64,000 nucleotides of DNA from a virus. A program made the translations under genes and the position numbers. The number at the start of each line of letters is the position of its first letter. The stretch's first letter is position 1. Where the stretch lies: positions 32,001-96,000 of IMG/VR virus record IMGVR_UViG_3300035670_000069, one strand, 5' to 3'. The notes under the pieces were generated by a model. It saw nothing but the letters and a program-made list of their open reading frames with translations. It was not told the origin of the DNA and did no database searches. Positions 29,749 through 38,647 of this stretch are shown here, piece by piece.

Positions 29749-29981
29749 ATAAGGCTGAACTTAAAGTAGAAATGTTGATGGAACATCTTTTGCTACAAAA
29801 TGCAATAGAGGTTGAGGGGTTTGACAAAAGCACTGGGGAGACGGTATACTCTATTACAGACAAACTAAAAGAGGTGGCCCCAGAAATGTATGCTGACTTA
29901 AACAAACAATTCACCGCTCACATGCTGGCCCTAATTGATGAGGGGCCAAAAACAATGAGGTGGAAAATAAATAATGCCTAA
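29745..29981 (+). CDS. hypothetical protein, paralogue of 49726..50046
   Basis: shared A.E...DK.TGE..YS.T.KL.EV.PE. Confidence 0.6.
   Translation: MNKAELKVEMLMEHLLLQNAIEVEGFDKSTGETVYSITDKLKEVAPEMYADLNKQFTAHMLALIDEGPKTMRWKINNA
29821..29850 (+). promoter_or_regulatory. sigmaA-type promoter inside CDS
   Basis: TTGACA-18 nt-TATACT. Confidence 0.55.
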
Positions 29982-30129
29982 TAAATTTTATACTAACTCT
30001 GATTGGCTGCGTAAAAGATATGCTGTAGATAAAAGATCTCCACAAGATATTGCAAAAGAGTGTGGTGTATCCGTAGAAACAATATATGTATATTTGGCAA
30101 AATTTGGATTAAGGAAATCAAAGCGATGA
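29974..30129 (+). CDS. 51-aa HTH DNA-binding protein (absent from ORF track)
   Basis: MPNKFYTNSDWLRKRYAVDKRSPQDIAKECGVSVETIYVYLAKFGLRKSKR; ATGA-coupled to next gene. Confidence 0.75.
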   Translation: MPNKFYTNSDWLRKRYAVDKRSPQDIAKECGVSVETIYVYLAKFGLRKSKR

Positions 30130-30371
30130 CAGAAAAATTTAATATTACAGTTGATCAGGTAAATCATCCAACTCATTACACCTCAGATCCTTCAGGTGTT
30201 GAGTGTATTCAAATTACAAGACATAGAAACTTTAATATAGGAAATGCCTTTAAATATCTTTGGAGAGCGGGATTAAAAAACCAAGACACTCAAATTGAAG
30301 ATTTAAAAAAGGCTATCTTTTATATTCAGGATGAAATTAAAAGACTAGAGGGCAGACATGTCAACGACTGA
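30126..30371 (+). CDS. DUF3310-family protein
   Basis: DQVNHPTHY, GNAFKYLWRAG.K, EDLKKAIFY; start ATG 30126. Confidence 0.8.
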   Translation: MTEKFNITVDQVNHPTHYTSDPSGVECIQITRHRNFNIGNAFKYLWRAGLKNQDTQIEDLKKAIFYIQDEIKRLEGRHVND

Positions 30372-30894
30372 AGAAGACTTAACCAAACACTTAGATGAGA
30401 TTAACACCGTTGTTGGAGAATATCTAAAAGGTAATGACGCTACCAAAATATCTAAAGATCTTGCTATACCAAGAACCCGTGTAGTACAGCATATCAATGA
30501 GTGGAAAGTTATGGCCTCTGCCAATGATGCAATTCGTGCACGTGCAAAAGAAGCCCTTGCTGTTGCAGATACACATTATAATAAATTAATATCTAGATCA
30601 TACGAAGTAATTGACGAGGCATCTCTTACTAATAATCTAAGTGCTAAGACTGCAGCAATTAAATTAGTAATGGATATTGAATCTAAAAGAATTGATATGT
30701 TACAAAAGGCAGGTTTGTTAGAGAACAAAGAACTGGCAGAAGAAATGCTGCAAATAGAAAAGAAGCAAGATATTCTCATGGGTATTTTAAAAGATATAGC
30801 ATCAGAATATCCTCAAATACGTGATGAGATTATGCGTAGGCTATCTGATATTTCTAAAAAGGATGAAGTGATTACAATTGTCCATGATGTTTGA
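30358..30894 (+). CDS. terminase small subunit (probable)
   Basis: N-terminal HTH plus coiled coil, immediately upstream of TerL. Confidence 0.55.
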   Translation: MSTTEEDLTKHLDEINTVVGEYLKGNDATKISKDLAIPRTRVVQHINEWKVMASANDAIRARAKEALAVADTHYNKLISRSYEVIDEASLTNNLSAKTAAIKLVMDIESKRIDMLQKAGLLENKELAEEMLQIEKKQDILMGILKDIASEYPQIRDEIMRRLSDISKKDEVITIVHDV

Positions 30895-32662
30895 TGATTT
30901 TTTAGAGGCCCTTGCTGATAATCATTTTGAAGAAACTCCAGTAGATGCAAAAACTTTTGTTGAGTCTCCAGATTATTTGGGACAGCCAGCACTTTCTGAT
31001 ATTCAATACGACATTGTAGAAGCAATGAGTCAAATTTATCGCAAAGAAGATCTTCAAACAATTATGGGAGAAGAGGAAGGAGCAAGATATTATGAAAAAT
31101 ACACAAAGAACGAAATTATTCTTCAACTTGGGAAGGGCAGTGGGAAGGACTTTACCTCTACTGTTGCCTGCTCTTATATTGTATATAAGTTATTATGTCT
31201 TAAAGACCCTGCAAGATATTTCGGAAAACCAAGTGGAGATGCAATAGATCTTATCAATGTTGCTATTAATGCACAGCAGGCTAAGAATGTTTTCTTTAAA
31301 GGCTTTAAATCAAAAATAGAAAGATCACCTTGGTTCGCTGGCAAGTATGAAGCAAAGGTAGATTCTATTAGTTTTGACAAATCAATTACAGTTTATTCTG
31401 GACACTCAGAAAGAGAGTCTCATGAGGGCCTTAATCTTTTATTAGCAGTTCTTGACGAGATTTCTGGTTTTGCATCAGAGGTGGCAACAGGAAATGAACA
31501 AGGAAAGACTGCTGACAATATCTATAAAGCATTTCGTGGATCAGTTGACTCTCGCTTCCCTGATCTTGGCAAAGTAGTTCTTCTTTCGTTCCCAAGATAT
31601 AACGGAGACTTTATTTCTGAGCGGTACGAATCAGTAATTGCAGATAAAGAAGTTATAAGCAAAACACATAGGTTTATTATTAATCCATTATTACCAGAGG
31701 ATGATAAAGATAATTGGTTTGATATTGCTTGGGATGAAGATCATATTAAATCATATAAATACCCTGGAGTATTTGCATTAAAAAGACCAACATGGGAAGT
31801 TAATCCTACAAGAAAAATTGATGATTTTAAGATTGCCTTTATGACTGACCTTGGAGATGCAATGATGCGTTTTGCTTGTGTGCCAACATATGCTTCTGAT
31901 GCATTTTTTAAGCAGGCTGACAAAGTAAGGGCATGTATGACTATTAGAAATCCTCTTGATGCCTTTAGAAGATTTGAGGAAAACTTTAAGCCAGACCCAG
32001 AAAAAATTTATTATGTTCATGCCGACCTTGCACAAAAGCATGACAAGTGTGCTGTTGCTATCGCCCATGTTGAGAAATGGGTTAATGTTCAAGTAATTAA
32101 GGACTATGAACAAATATCCCCAATTGTTGTTGTCGATGCCGTTGCTTGGTGGGAGCCAAAAGTAGAGGGTCCAGTTAATCTATCTGAAGTGAAGCAGTGG
32201 ATACAAAATCTAAGAAGGCTTGGATTTAATATAGGATTAGTTACATTTGACCGTTGGCAATCGTTTGATATTCAAAATGAATTGCAGGCGGTAGGCATGA
32301 GAACAGAAACAGTATCAGTAGCAAAGAAGCACTATGAGGACATGGCCATGCTTGTGTATGAAGAACGACTCGCTATGCCTGCTATAGAACTTTTGTTTGA
32401 AGAATTAACTGAACTTAAGATTATGAAAAATGATAAGGTTGACCACCCCCGTAAAAAATCTAAGGACTTGGCAGATGCTGTGTGTGGTTCTATTTTTGGT
32501 GCAATATCCCATACCCCACGAGATCAAAACCTTGAAGTAGAAGTTCATACTTTTAAGGATAGGCCTAAACGAGTTGACACGCTCCCTGAGAACGTGATAC
32601 AATATAAACCTAGTCAAATAGAAGACATAAAAGACTATTTGGATAGACTTAAAACAATATAA
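30878..32662 (+). CDS. terL: terminase large subunit
   Basis: GKGSGKD Walker A, VLDE Walker B, HADLA, TFDRWQS, DHP...SKDLADAV nuclease motifs. Confidence 0.9.
   Translation: MSMMFDDFLEALADNHFEETPVDAKTFVESPDYLGQPALSDIQYDIVEAMSQIYRKEDLQTIMGEEEGARYYEKYTKNEIILQLGKGSGKDFTSTVACSYIVYKLLCLKDPARYFGKPSGDAIDLINVAINAQQAKNVFFKGFKSKIERSPWFAGKYEAKVDSISFDKSITVYSGHSERESHEGLNLLLAVLDEISGFASEVATGNEQGKTADNIYKAFRGSVDSRFPDLGKVVLLSFPRYNGDFISERYESVIADKEVISKTHRFIINPLLPEDDKDNWFDIAWDEDHIKSYKYPGVFALKRPTWEVNPTRKIDDFKIAFMTDLGDAMMRFACVPTYASDAFFKQADKVRACMTIRNPLDAFRRFEENFKPDPEKIYYVHADLAQKHDKCAVAIAHVEKWVNVQVIKDYEQISPIVVVDAVAWWEPKVEGPVNLSEVKQWIQNLRRLGFNIGLVTFDRWQSFDIQNELQAVGMRTETVSVAKKHYEDMAMLVYEERLAMPAIELLFEELTELKIMKNDKVDHPRKKSKDLADAVCGSIFGAISHTPRDQNLEVEVHTFKDRPKRVDTLPENVIQYKPSQIEDIKDYLDRLKTI
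32574..32603 (+). promoter_or_regulatory. sigmaA-type promoter in terL 3' end
   Basis: TTGACA-18 nt-TACAAT with TG extension. Confidence 0.7.
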
Positions 32663-32685
32663 GAAATGAATATAAAAGGAGAAAA

Positions 32686-33837
32686 ATGAATTCATTGAAG
32701 AAAATCGCTCTAGCCGTGGTTGCAGCCATGACTATGGGCACACTTGTCGCAACACCTGCAAGTGCTGCTGTCATGACAGTTGCTGTAGATTTGAACTCAG
32801 TTGCTAATACAACTGCTTCATCTTCTGCAACACCTGCTGCGCTACCAGTACCAGCCGATAACACTATCGATGCTACTGACGCACTACGTTTTGTTGCAAC
32901 AGTTGATACGGGAACAGCCGTAACTGTAACTGCAACAAACGCAACTATCGTAACAGCACTACATACAGTTGCTGCACCAGTATCAGCAAGTTCTGGATCA
33001 TCCAGCATTACAATTGCTACTGGCACAGGTACAACCGCAACGTTCTATGTATATACTAAAACGACTGCCGTTGGTACCGTTGTTGTTACCAATCAAGGAA
33101 CAACTCTAACATATTATGTACAAGGTACTGCAGGTTTAATTAATAACCTTACAGTTTCTGCTCCAGCAAATGGTGCTGCAGGAACTAAGCAGGACATTGT
33201 TGTAACTGCAACAGACGTATTTGGAAACAAGATTTCTGGTAAGTCTCTAACCGCTACAGTATTTGCTGGTCTTGGAACACTTGATTCCGCAACAGCGACA
33301 ACTGGTGCAACACTATCTGACTTCGGTCAGGCAAAGTTTAAGTTGACACTTCCAACAACTGGAACTCGTTCACTCGTAACATTTGCTCCAACTACAGCAG
33401 GAGAGGCTACTTCTGCAGATGTAACTGGTCTAACAGCACGTACACTATCTCCATTTGCTGAGATTGCAGTTCGTGATCTTTTGACAGAGTTGGCTTCTGC
33501 AAATGCTGCACTTGCTGCAGAAAAGGCTGCTCGTGAGGCTGATAAGGTTGCTGCTGCTAAGGCTGCTTCTGATGCAAAGTTGCTTGCTGATACAGAAGTT
33601 CTTTCTCTCAAGTCAGAGATTGTAACTCTTAAGGCTGATGCAGTAACCGCTAAGGTCGCTGCAGATAAGGCTCTTGCTGATGCTCTTGCTGCTGCTAAGG
33701 TTGCTTCCGATGCAGAACTTGCAAAGGTAAAGGCTGATAATGATGCCTCTATGGCAGCATTGAAGAAGGCATTTAATTCTCTTGCTCGTAAGTGGAACAA
33801 GAAGAATCCAAAGGCTAAGGTAGCACTTATTAAGTAA
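32686..33837 (+). CDS. secreted Thr/Ala-rich surface protein with Ala/Lys coiled coil
   Basis: signal peptide KKIALAVVAAMTMGTLVATPASA; basic C-terminus WNKKNPKAKVALIK; strongly biased codons. Confidence 0.7.
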   Translation: MNSLKKIALAVVAAMTMGTLVATPASAAVMTVAVDLNSVANTTASSSATPAALPVPADNTIDATDALRFVATVDTGTAVTVTATNATIVTALHTVAAPVSASSGSSSITIATGTGTTATFYVYTKTTAVGTVVVTNQGTTLTYYVQGTAGLINNLTVSAPANGAAGTKQDIVVTATDVFGNKISGKSLTATVFAGLGTLDSATATTGATLSDFGQAKFKLTLPTTGTRSLVTFAPTTAGEATSADVTGLTARTLSPFAEIAVRDLLTELASANAALAAEKAAREADKVAAAKAASDAKLLADTEVLSLKSEIVTLKADAVTAKVAADKALADALAAAKVASDAELAKVKADNDASMAALKKAFNSLARKWNKKNPKAKVALIK

Positions 33838-33858
33838 TTAACTTAAATAGTGTTAATA

Positions 33859-33888
33859 TAGGGGGAGAGGGGAAACCTTCTCCCTCTA
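33859..33888 (+). terminator. intrinsic terminator-like hairpin
   Basis: 13-bp stem (2 G-U) with GAAA loop right after the surface-protein stop; weak U tract. Confidence 0.7.
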
Positions 33889-33910
33889 ACTATTTAAGGA
33901 AGTGATTTAA

Positions 33911-34333
33911 TTGGTAAACCCAGTTCCAGGTAAGAAAATTACCTCAAAATATCGTATTCCAGGAAAGCATTGGTCTTGTGGATATCATACTGGAGTAGAT
34001 TATGCAGCACCTACGGGTACAGAGGTTGTTGCTTGTAAAAGCGGTAAAGTATTAGAAGCAAAAAACGGAGTATCGTTTGGACCTTCATATGGACTAGCAG
34101 TAATAATCGATCATGGAGATGGTATGAAAGCAGTATATGCACATCTATCAAAGATTGATGTAAAGGCTGGAGACAGAGTGCGATCAGGAGATAAGATAGG
34201 TGAAGTTGGTTCAACTGGCAATAGTACAGGACCACATTTACATCTTGAAGTAAGAATATCTCCTTGGAAGTATGCAAATAAAGATATTGATCCAAGCATT
34301 ATCATAAACCATAAGCCACAAAAACTAAAATAA
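33911..34333 (+). CDS. M23 family peptidase
   Basis: HTGVD, YAHL, GNSTGPHLHLE; TTG start. Confidence 0.9.
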   Translation: MVNPVPGKKITSKYRIPGKHWSCGYHTGVDYAAPTGTEVVACKSGKVLEAKNGVSFGPSYGLAVIIDHGDGMKAVYAHLSKIDVKAGDRVRSGDKIGEVGSTGNSTGPHLHLEVRISPWKYANKDIDPSIIINHKPQKLK

Positions 34334-34342
34334 TGTTATAAT
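34334..34342 (+). promoter_or_regulatory. extended -10 TGtTATAAT
   Basis: immediately after M23 stop. Confidence 0.55.
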
Positions 34343-36464
34343 GTCTTTGTATGGAAACATGCATTGGAGAAAGGAAATTAAACATAACTTATTTAGAATA
34401 ATTCTTTCAGTTATATTTGCGCTAGGGTGGACATTTTCAACGGCATCTCAAGCAGATTCTGACTCATTAATACAAGCGTATGAAGATATTCAACAACTAC
34501 AATCAGATATCAATAAATTAAATGACAAGGCAAAAACTCAAGAATTATTAGATATAGCAATAGATAAGTATAACTATGCAGTACAGTCAAAATATAACTT
34601 AGAAGAATCTGAACAAGAATATAATACGGCGGTAGAGCAGGAGTCCTTGGCATTAGAGGCTAAAACTCTTGCTCTATCTGCTGTAGATGGTCAAACAGTT
34701 ACTGTGGCTACCGCATTAGAAGATAAGGATCAAGCATTACAAGATAAAAATAATGCACAGGATCAACTTGATATTGCCAATATAAATCTTCAGACGACAC
34801 AATTGACAATTCAAAACTCAGGAAATCAAGGATGGCAATTTACAGCCTATACCCTTAACAGAAGTGGTGATTTTGCTTATGCTGGAACAGCATATTGTTC
34901 TGGTGTAATAACACAGGCATATCAAGGTATGCCAGTATGTGGCAGGTATGAAAACTTATTTGTGGTTTATTCTGGAAAAATAACAGCACCTGAAGGTGTT
35001 AACTTGGTTTCTTTTGCAGGGTATACGGATGATGGATTTAGAATGTATGTAGATGGTCAATTGGTTATTGATCAGTGGGTAGATCAAGGATCAACATGGA
35101 GTCCATATTATTATCATACCTTTACAGCCGAAGATAGGGTTATAGATGTAGTATTTCATTATTTTAATGGTGGGGGTCCAGGTGTATTTCATGTAGGATG
35201 GGGGCATAGTGGTATCTGGACTGGAGTAGCCTCAAGTGCAATGTCTTATGGACAAGGAGCAACACAGGCACAGATAGACGCATACAATCAGGCTGTATCA
35301 GATCAAGCCCAGGCACAACAAGACTATAACTCTATGGCTGAGATTTATAATAATAAACTATCTTATTACAATGAACAGAACTCTATATTATTAGCATACC
35401 AACAAACTCTTTCTGAGGCAGAAGCAAACCTAACACAGGCTCAAGAAAGCCTAACACTTGCATTAGAAAACCTTACACAAGATCAAAATGAATATGAGGT
35501 TTCAATACCAGACATGCAGCAAGCAATACTAAATGCTCAAACTGAGTATAACAAACAATGGCAATTTGAAGAAAATCAAAGGGTGGCTGCAGCAATTGCA
35601 CAGGCTATAGCAAACCAGCCACAACCAATGCCAGAGCCAGAACCAATCCCCACGCCAGAAGAAAGTACACAGCCAACTCCAGAGCCAACCCCAGAGACAG
35701 AGCCAGAACCTTCCATAGAGCCTTCACCAGAGCCTACCCCAAATCCTGAGCCATCGCCTGAGCAAACAGAACCAGATTTCCCCAATCCTCAGCCAACCGA
35801 TCAAACAGATGATGAATCATCCGTAACTCCAGACCCTGAGCCTGAGATATCTCCAGAGCCTCAGCCAGAGCCAACACCTCAGCAAACGGATATAGATCCT
35901 CTTCCCACTCCAAGTCCTCAACCAGAGAAATCTCCCGTAGCACCTTCTCCAAAACCATCACCACCTAATAATACCACCATTGACTTAACTAGCGTTATTG
36001 CTAACCTAACTAGCAAAGATAATATTATTGTTAAATTAACACCAGAACAAATGTCTGCTGTTGGTCAATCTTTGACTACCCTGGCTCCAGAGGCTAAGGT
36101 TGAACTAGCACAAGATCTTGGAGTAAAGACAAATGAGATAGCAATACTTGCAGAAGAAGCACAAGATAATCCTGCAGTCGCTGCTGCCATCGTAACATTT
36201 GCTGAAAAGGCAGAGGAAAACGCTGATGCTCCTATGCCATATACAATTGCAGACGCTATTACTGAGGCTGCTGCTGAGTTATTTTTAGAGGATCCCTTGG
36301 CGGTATTTAATAATATAGATTTAGAAGAATTATCTGACCCTACTCAATGGGGCAAAGATATGACAGATGATCAGAGAGAAAAGGCACAAGAGGTAATTGT
36401 TCCAGTTATTCTTGTTTCTAATATAATTTCTTCTGTGGCTTCTGCGTTAACAAGGAGGGTATAA
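34341..36464 (+). CDS. secreted coiled-coil / PA14 / Pro-rich protein
   Basis: signal-like segment, PA14 motifs TDDGFRMYVDG..VIDQW and FNGGGPG, PE/PT-rich stalk, hydrophobic C-terminus; start uncertain. Confidence 0.7.
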   Translation: MSLYGNMHWRKEIKHNLFRIILSVIFALGWTFSTASQADSDSLIQAYEDIQQLQSDINKLNDKAKTQELLDIAIDKYNYAVQSKYNLEESEQEYNTAVEQESLALEAKTLALSAVDGQTVTVATALEDKDQALQDKNNAQDQLDIANINLQTTQLTIQNSGNQGWQFTAYTLNRSGDFAYAGTAYCSGVITQAYQGMPVCGRYENLFVVYSGKITAPEGVNLVSFAGYTDDGFRMYVDGQLVIDQWVDQGSTWSPYYYHTFTAEDRVIDVVFHYFNGGGPGVFHVGWGHSGIWTGVASSAMSYGQGATQAQIDAYNQAVSDQAQAQQDYNSMAEIYNNKLSYYNEQNSILLAYQQTLSEAEANLTQAQESLTLALENLTQDQNEYEVSIPDMQQAILNAQTEYNKQWQFEENQRVAAAIAQAIANQPQPMPEPEPIPTPEESTQPTPEPTPETEPEPSIEPSPEPTPNPEPSPEQTEPDFPNPQPTDQTDDESSVTPDPEPEISPEPQPEPTPQQTDIDPLPTPSPQPEKSPVAPSPKPSPPNNTTIDLTSVIANLTSKDNIIVKLTPEQMSAVGQSLTTLAPEAKVELAQDLGVKTNEIAILAEEAQDNPAVAAAIVTFAEKAEENADAPMPYTIADAITEAAAELFLEDPLAVFNNIDLEELSDPTQWGKDMTDDQREKAQEVIVPVILVSNIISSVASALTRRV
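35615..35965 (+). repeat. low-complexity PEP/PTP/PSP repeats
   Basis: repeated ccagagcc units. Confidence 0.75.
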
Positions 36465-36471
36465 TACGATC

Positions 36472-36741
36472 ATGACAAAACTTAAGACTATTTTATCTAA
36501 AATAAAAGTGGTCAATGCTTTAAGGAAGGCTATAGAATGGCTTTTAAAGGGCGTAAAAGGGCTTCTGAGGTGGTTTGGTAAGGCCATTAAGGAGAGCATC
36601 GCACAGGTGTGGACATTGCTTGGATTCTTCATTGCATGGCTTACCCTAACTGGTACTGCCCAACAAATTGTGGGTATAGCAACAGTAGCAGCCACAGTAT
36701 TATGGCTTATAACAATACCGCTTAGAGAGGAAAAAGAATAG
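36472..36741 (+). CDS. small membrane protein (holin candidate)
   Basis: basic amphipathic N-terminus, two TM segments. Confidence 0.5.
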   Translation: MTKLKTILSKIKVVNALRKAIEWLLKGVKGLLRWFGKAIKESIAQVWTLLGFFIAWLTLTGTAQQIVGIATVAATVLWLITIPLREEKE

Positions 36742-36754
36742 TATAATGTCAATA

Positions 36755-37093
36755 ATGAAGACCATAGCATCTATATTTTCTGCCCTTCTATTGGTTATTG
36801 GATTAACCGCATGTGGTGTTTTTGAAGGCAAGTATAGGTATGAATGCCAAGACCCAGAAAATTGGGGCACCCCTGGATGTACAAAACCACTATGTACAAG
36901 TTACTGCACAGAAGATCTGCTTGGATATGATCCAACCGAAGGTAAAGAAGAAATATCAGAAATGCCAGAAATGTTAGATGAACCACAAGAAGAAACAACT
37001 TCTGATATAATTGAAGAACCAAAGAGTGCGCCAGCACCAGAGAATGTAGATGAGATTAACCAAATGGTTGATGACTTATCGAAAGGAAACTAA
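36755..37093 (+). CDS. lipoprotein
   Basis: MKT + hydrophobic + LTAC lipobox, Cys-rich core, acidic tail; TATAAT 7 nt before ATG 36755. Confidence 0.7.
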   Translation: MKTIASIFSALLLVIGLTACGVFEGKYRYECQDPENWGTPGCTKPLCTSYCTEDLLGYDPTEGKEEISEMPEMLDEPQEETTSDIIEEPKSAPAPENVDEINQMVDDLSKGN

Positions 37094-37462
37094 GTGAGTA
37101 CAAAAGTTAGATATACACCAGCAGAATTAGATTCAAGGCTAAAGTTTATATTGGCAATTATGTTGGGAGCAATGGTTTTTTTGATTGTTGCAGGTAACTT
37201 GTACGCATTAATTTTTGTTGAGCAGCCTATTGGGGCACAAGCAGAGAACGATAAAATGTTTTTTAATCTTTTAAATTCTATTGCTACTTTTATTACTGGT
37301 ACTCTTGCAGGCATATTAATTGGTAAAACTAATTCTGGATCGTCAGAAGAAACATCTGTAGCAATTTCTGAAGATGTAGTTGAAGAGCAAATATCTGAAG
37401 GAAAGCCTGAAGGTGAGATGCCAGAAGAAACTGAAATTGATGAAGATTGGGATAAAGACTAA
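37094..37462 (+). CDS. two-TM membrane protein with acidic tail
   Basis: GTG start; two hydrophobic helices. Confidence 0.6.
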   Translation: MSTKVRYTPAELDSRLKFILAIMLGAMVFLIVAGNLYALIFVEQPIGAQAENDKMFFNLLNSIATFITGTLAGILIGKTNSGSSEETSVAISEDVVEEQISEGKPEGEMPEETEIDEDWDKD

Positions 37463-38082
37463 TGGCAGAACTTGGTACAGCAGCCAAACTTATTGAGGTT
37501 GCTAAAGGCGAATTAGGAACTATTGAAGGCCCCAAAGATAACGAAACAAAATATGGAAAGTTTATGAAGGCCAACTTTCAGCCATGGTGTGGTTCATTTG
37601 TTAACTGGTGTGCTGTTCAGGCTGAAGTTAAGATTCCTAATACAGTATATACTCCATCAGGCGCAGCAGCATTTAAGAAGGCTGGTCGTTGGTATGACGC
37701 ACAAGTTTGTGATCCAGAACCAGGCGATATAGCCTATTTTGATTTTCCAGCAGATGGTGTTGATAGAATTTCTCATGTTGGAATTGTAATCAAAGATAAT
37801 GAAGATGGAACTGTTTGGTGTATTGAAGGAAATACCACTAACCGTAAAGGCGGAAGCCAGCGTAATGGCGGAGAAGTTTGTAAACAACTTCGTGCCTATA
37901 AGAAAAATAAAAAGGGCGTAATGATTTCTATTGTTGGATTTGGTCGTCCTAAATTTAAAAATGAATCTAAGAATAAAGTTAAAGAAACCCCTGTTTCAGA
38001 AAACAAAATATGTCCAACATGTGGACAAAATATGCCCAAAAAGTTGACAGGCGGAGGCGGAACTGGTACACTAATTCAATAG
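37462..38082 (+). CDS. CHAP-domain endolysin
   Basis: PWCGSFV, PGDIAYF, SHVGIV, IEGNT. Confidence 0.85.
   Translation: MAELGTAAKLIEVAKGELGTIEGPKDNETKYGKFMKANFQPWCGSFVNWCAVQAEVKIPNTVYTPSGAAAFKKAGRWYDAQVCDPEPGDIAYFDFPADGVDRISHVGIVIKDNEDGTVWCIEGNTTNRKGGSQRNGGEVCKQLRAYKKNKKGVMISIVGFGRPKFKNESKNKVKETPVSENKICPTCGQNMPKKLTGGGGTGTLIQ
38044..38072 (+). promoter_or_regulatory. sigmaA-type promoter in endolysin 3' end
   Basis: TTGACA-17 nt-TACACT with TG extension. Confidence 0.65.
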
Positions 38083-38098
38083 CATAGAAAGGCTTTGA

Positions 38099-38632
38099 AT
38101 GACTTGCATTGCGGTAGTTCGTGATAAAGTAAATAATAAAATTTGGATGGCTGGAGATCGTGGTGTCTCTGATGATAATACGATTAATGTTTGTTCTAGT
38201 CCAAAGATATGGAAAAAAGAAGGATACCTTTTTGGCTATGCTGGCTCAATGGACGGGGACAGAATAAAGCACTTATTCGTACCCCCACAACCAGAACCTA
38301 GAGTAAACATAGATAAGTTTATGTATAGTAAATTTCTTAAAGCCCTTAGAACATTTTACGAAAATTGGTGGGTAGATACTTCCACATCGTCAGATTTTGG
38401 AATGATTATATGCATTAAAGGAAAAATATACGAGCACAATGCTGGAGACATGTCTTTGACTCAATATGAACAAGACTATTTAGCAATGGGTTCTGGCGGA
38501 GATTTGGCTTTAGGATCTTTATACTCTACACAAAAACAAAAAGATTCTAGAAAAAGGGCGGTACTTGCTGTAAATGCTGCAATAAATCATTCAACAACCT
38601 GTAAGGGTCCTATTGACATATTAAGTATTTAG
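38099..38632 (+). CDS. HslV/proteasome-like Ntn-hydrolase
   Basis: N-terminal Thr (MTCIAV), AGDR, KI, GYAG, AMGSGGDLALG. Confidence 0.8.
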   Translation: MTCIAVVRDKVNNKIWMAGDRGVSDDNTINVCSSPKIWKKEGYLFGYAGSMDGDRIKHLFVPPQPEPRVNIDKFMYSKFLKALRTFYENWWVDTSTSSDFGMIICIKGKIYEHNAGDMSLTQYEQDYLAMGSGGDLALGSLYSTQKQKDSRKRAVLAVNAAINHSTTCKGPIDILSI

Positions 38633-38641
38633 GTATATACT
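38613..38641 (+). promoter_or_regulatory. sigmaA-type promoter, leaderless start
   Basis: TTGACA-17 nt-TATACT, ATG 6 nt downstream. Confidence 0.75.
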
Positions 38642-38647
38642 AAATAT

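Noticed and set aside
16259-32662. Inteins or introns in DnaB, DnaE, RecA or TerL
   Set aside because: Lengths are normal, frames are continuous and no splice-junction motifs were noticed.
35615-35965. Pro-rich repeats as a CRISPR or DNA-level array
   Set aside because: Irregular, in-frame low-complexity coding sequence without constant repeat and unique spacers.
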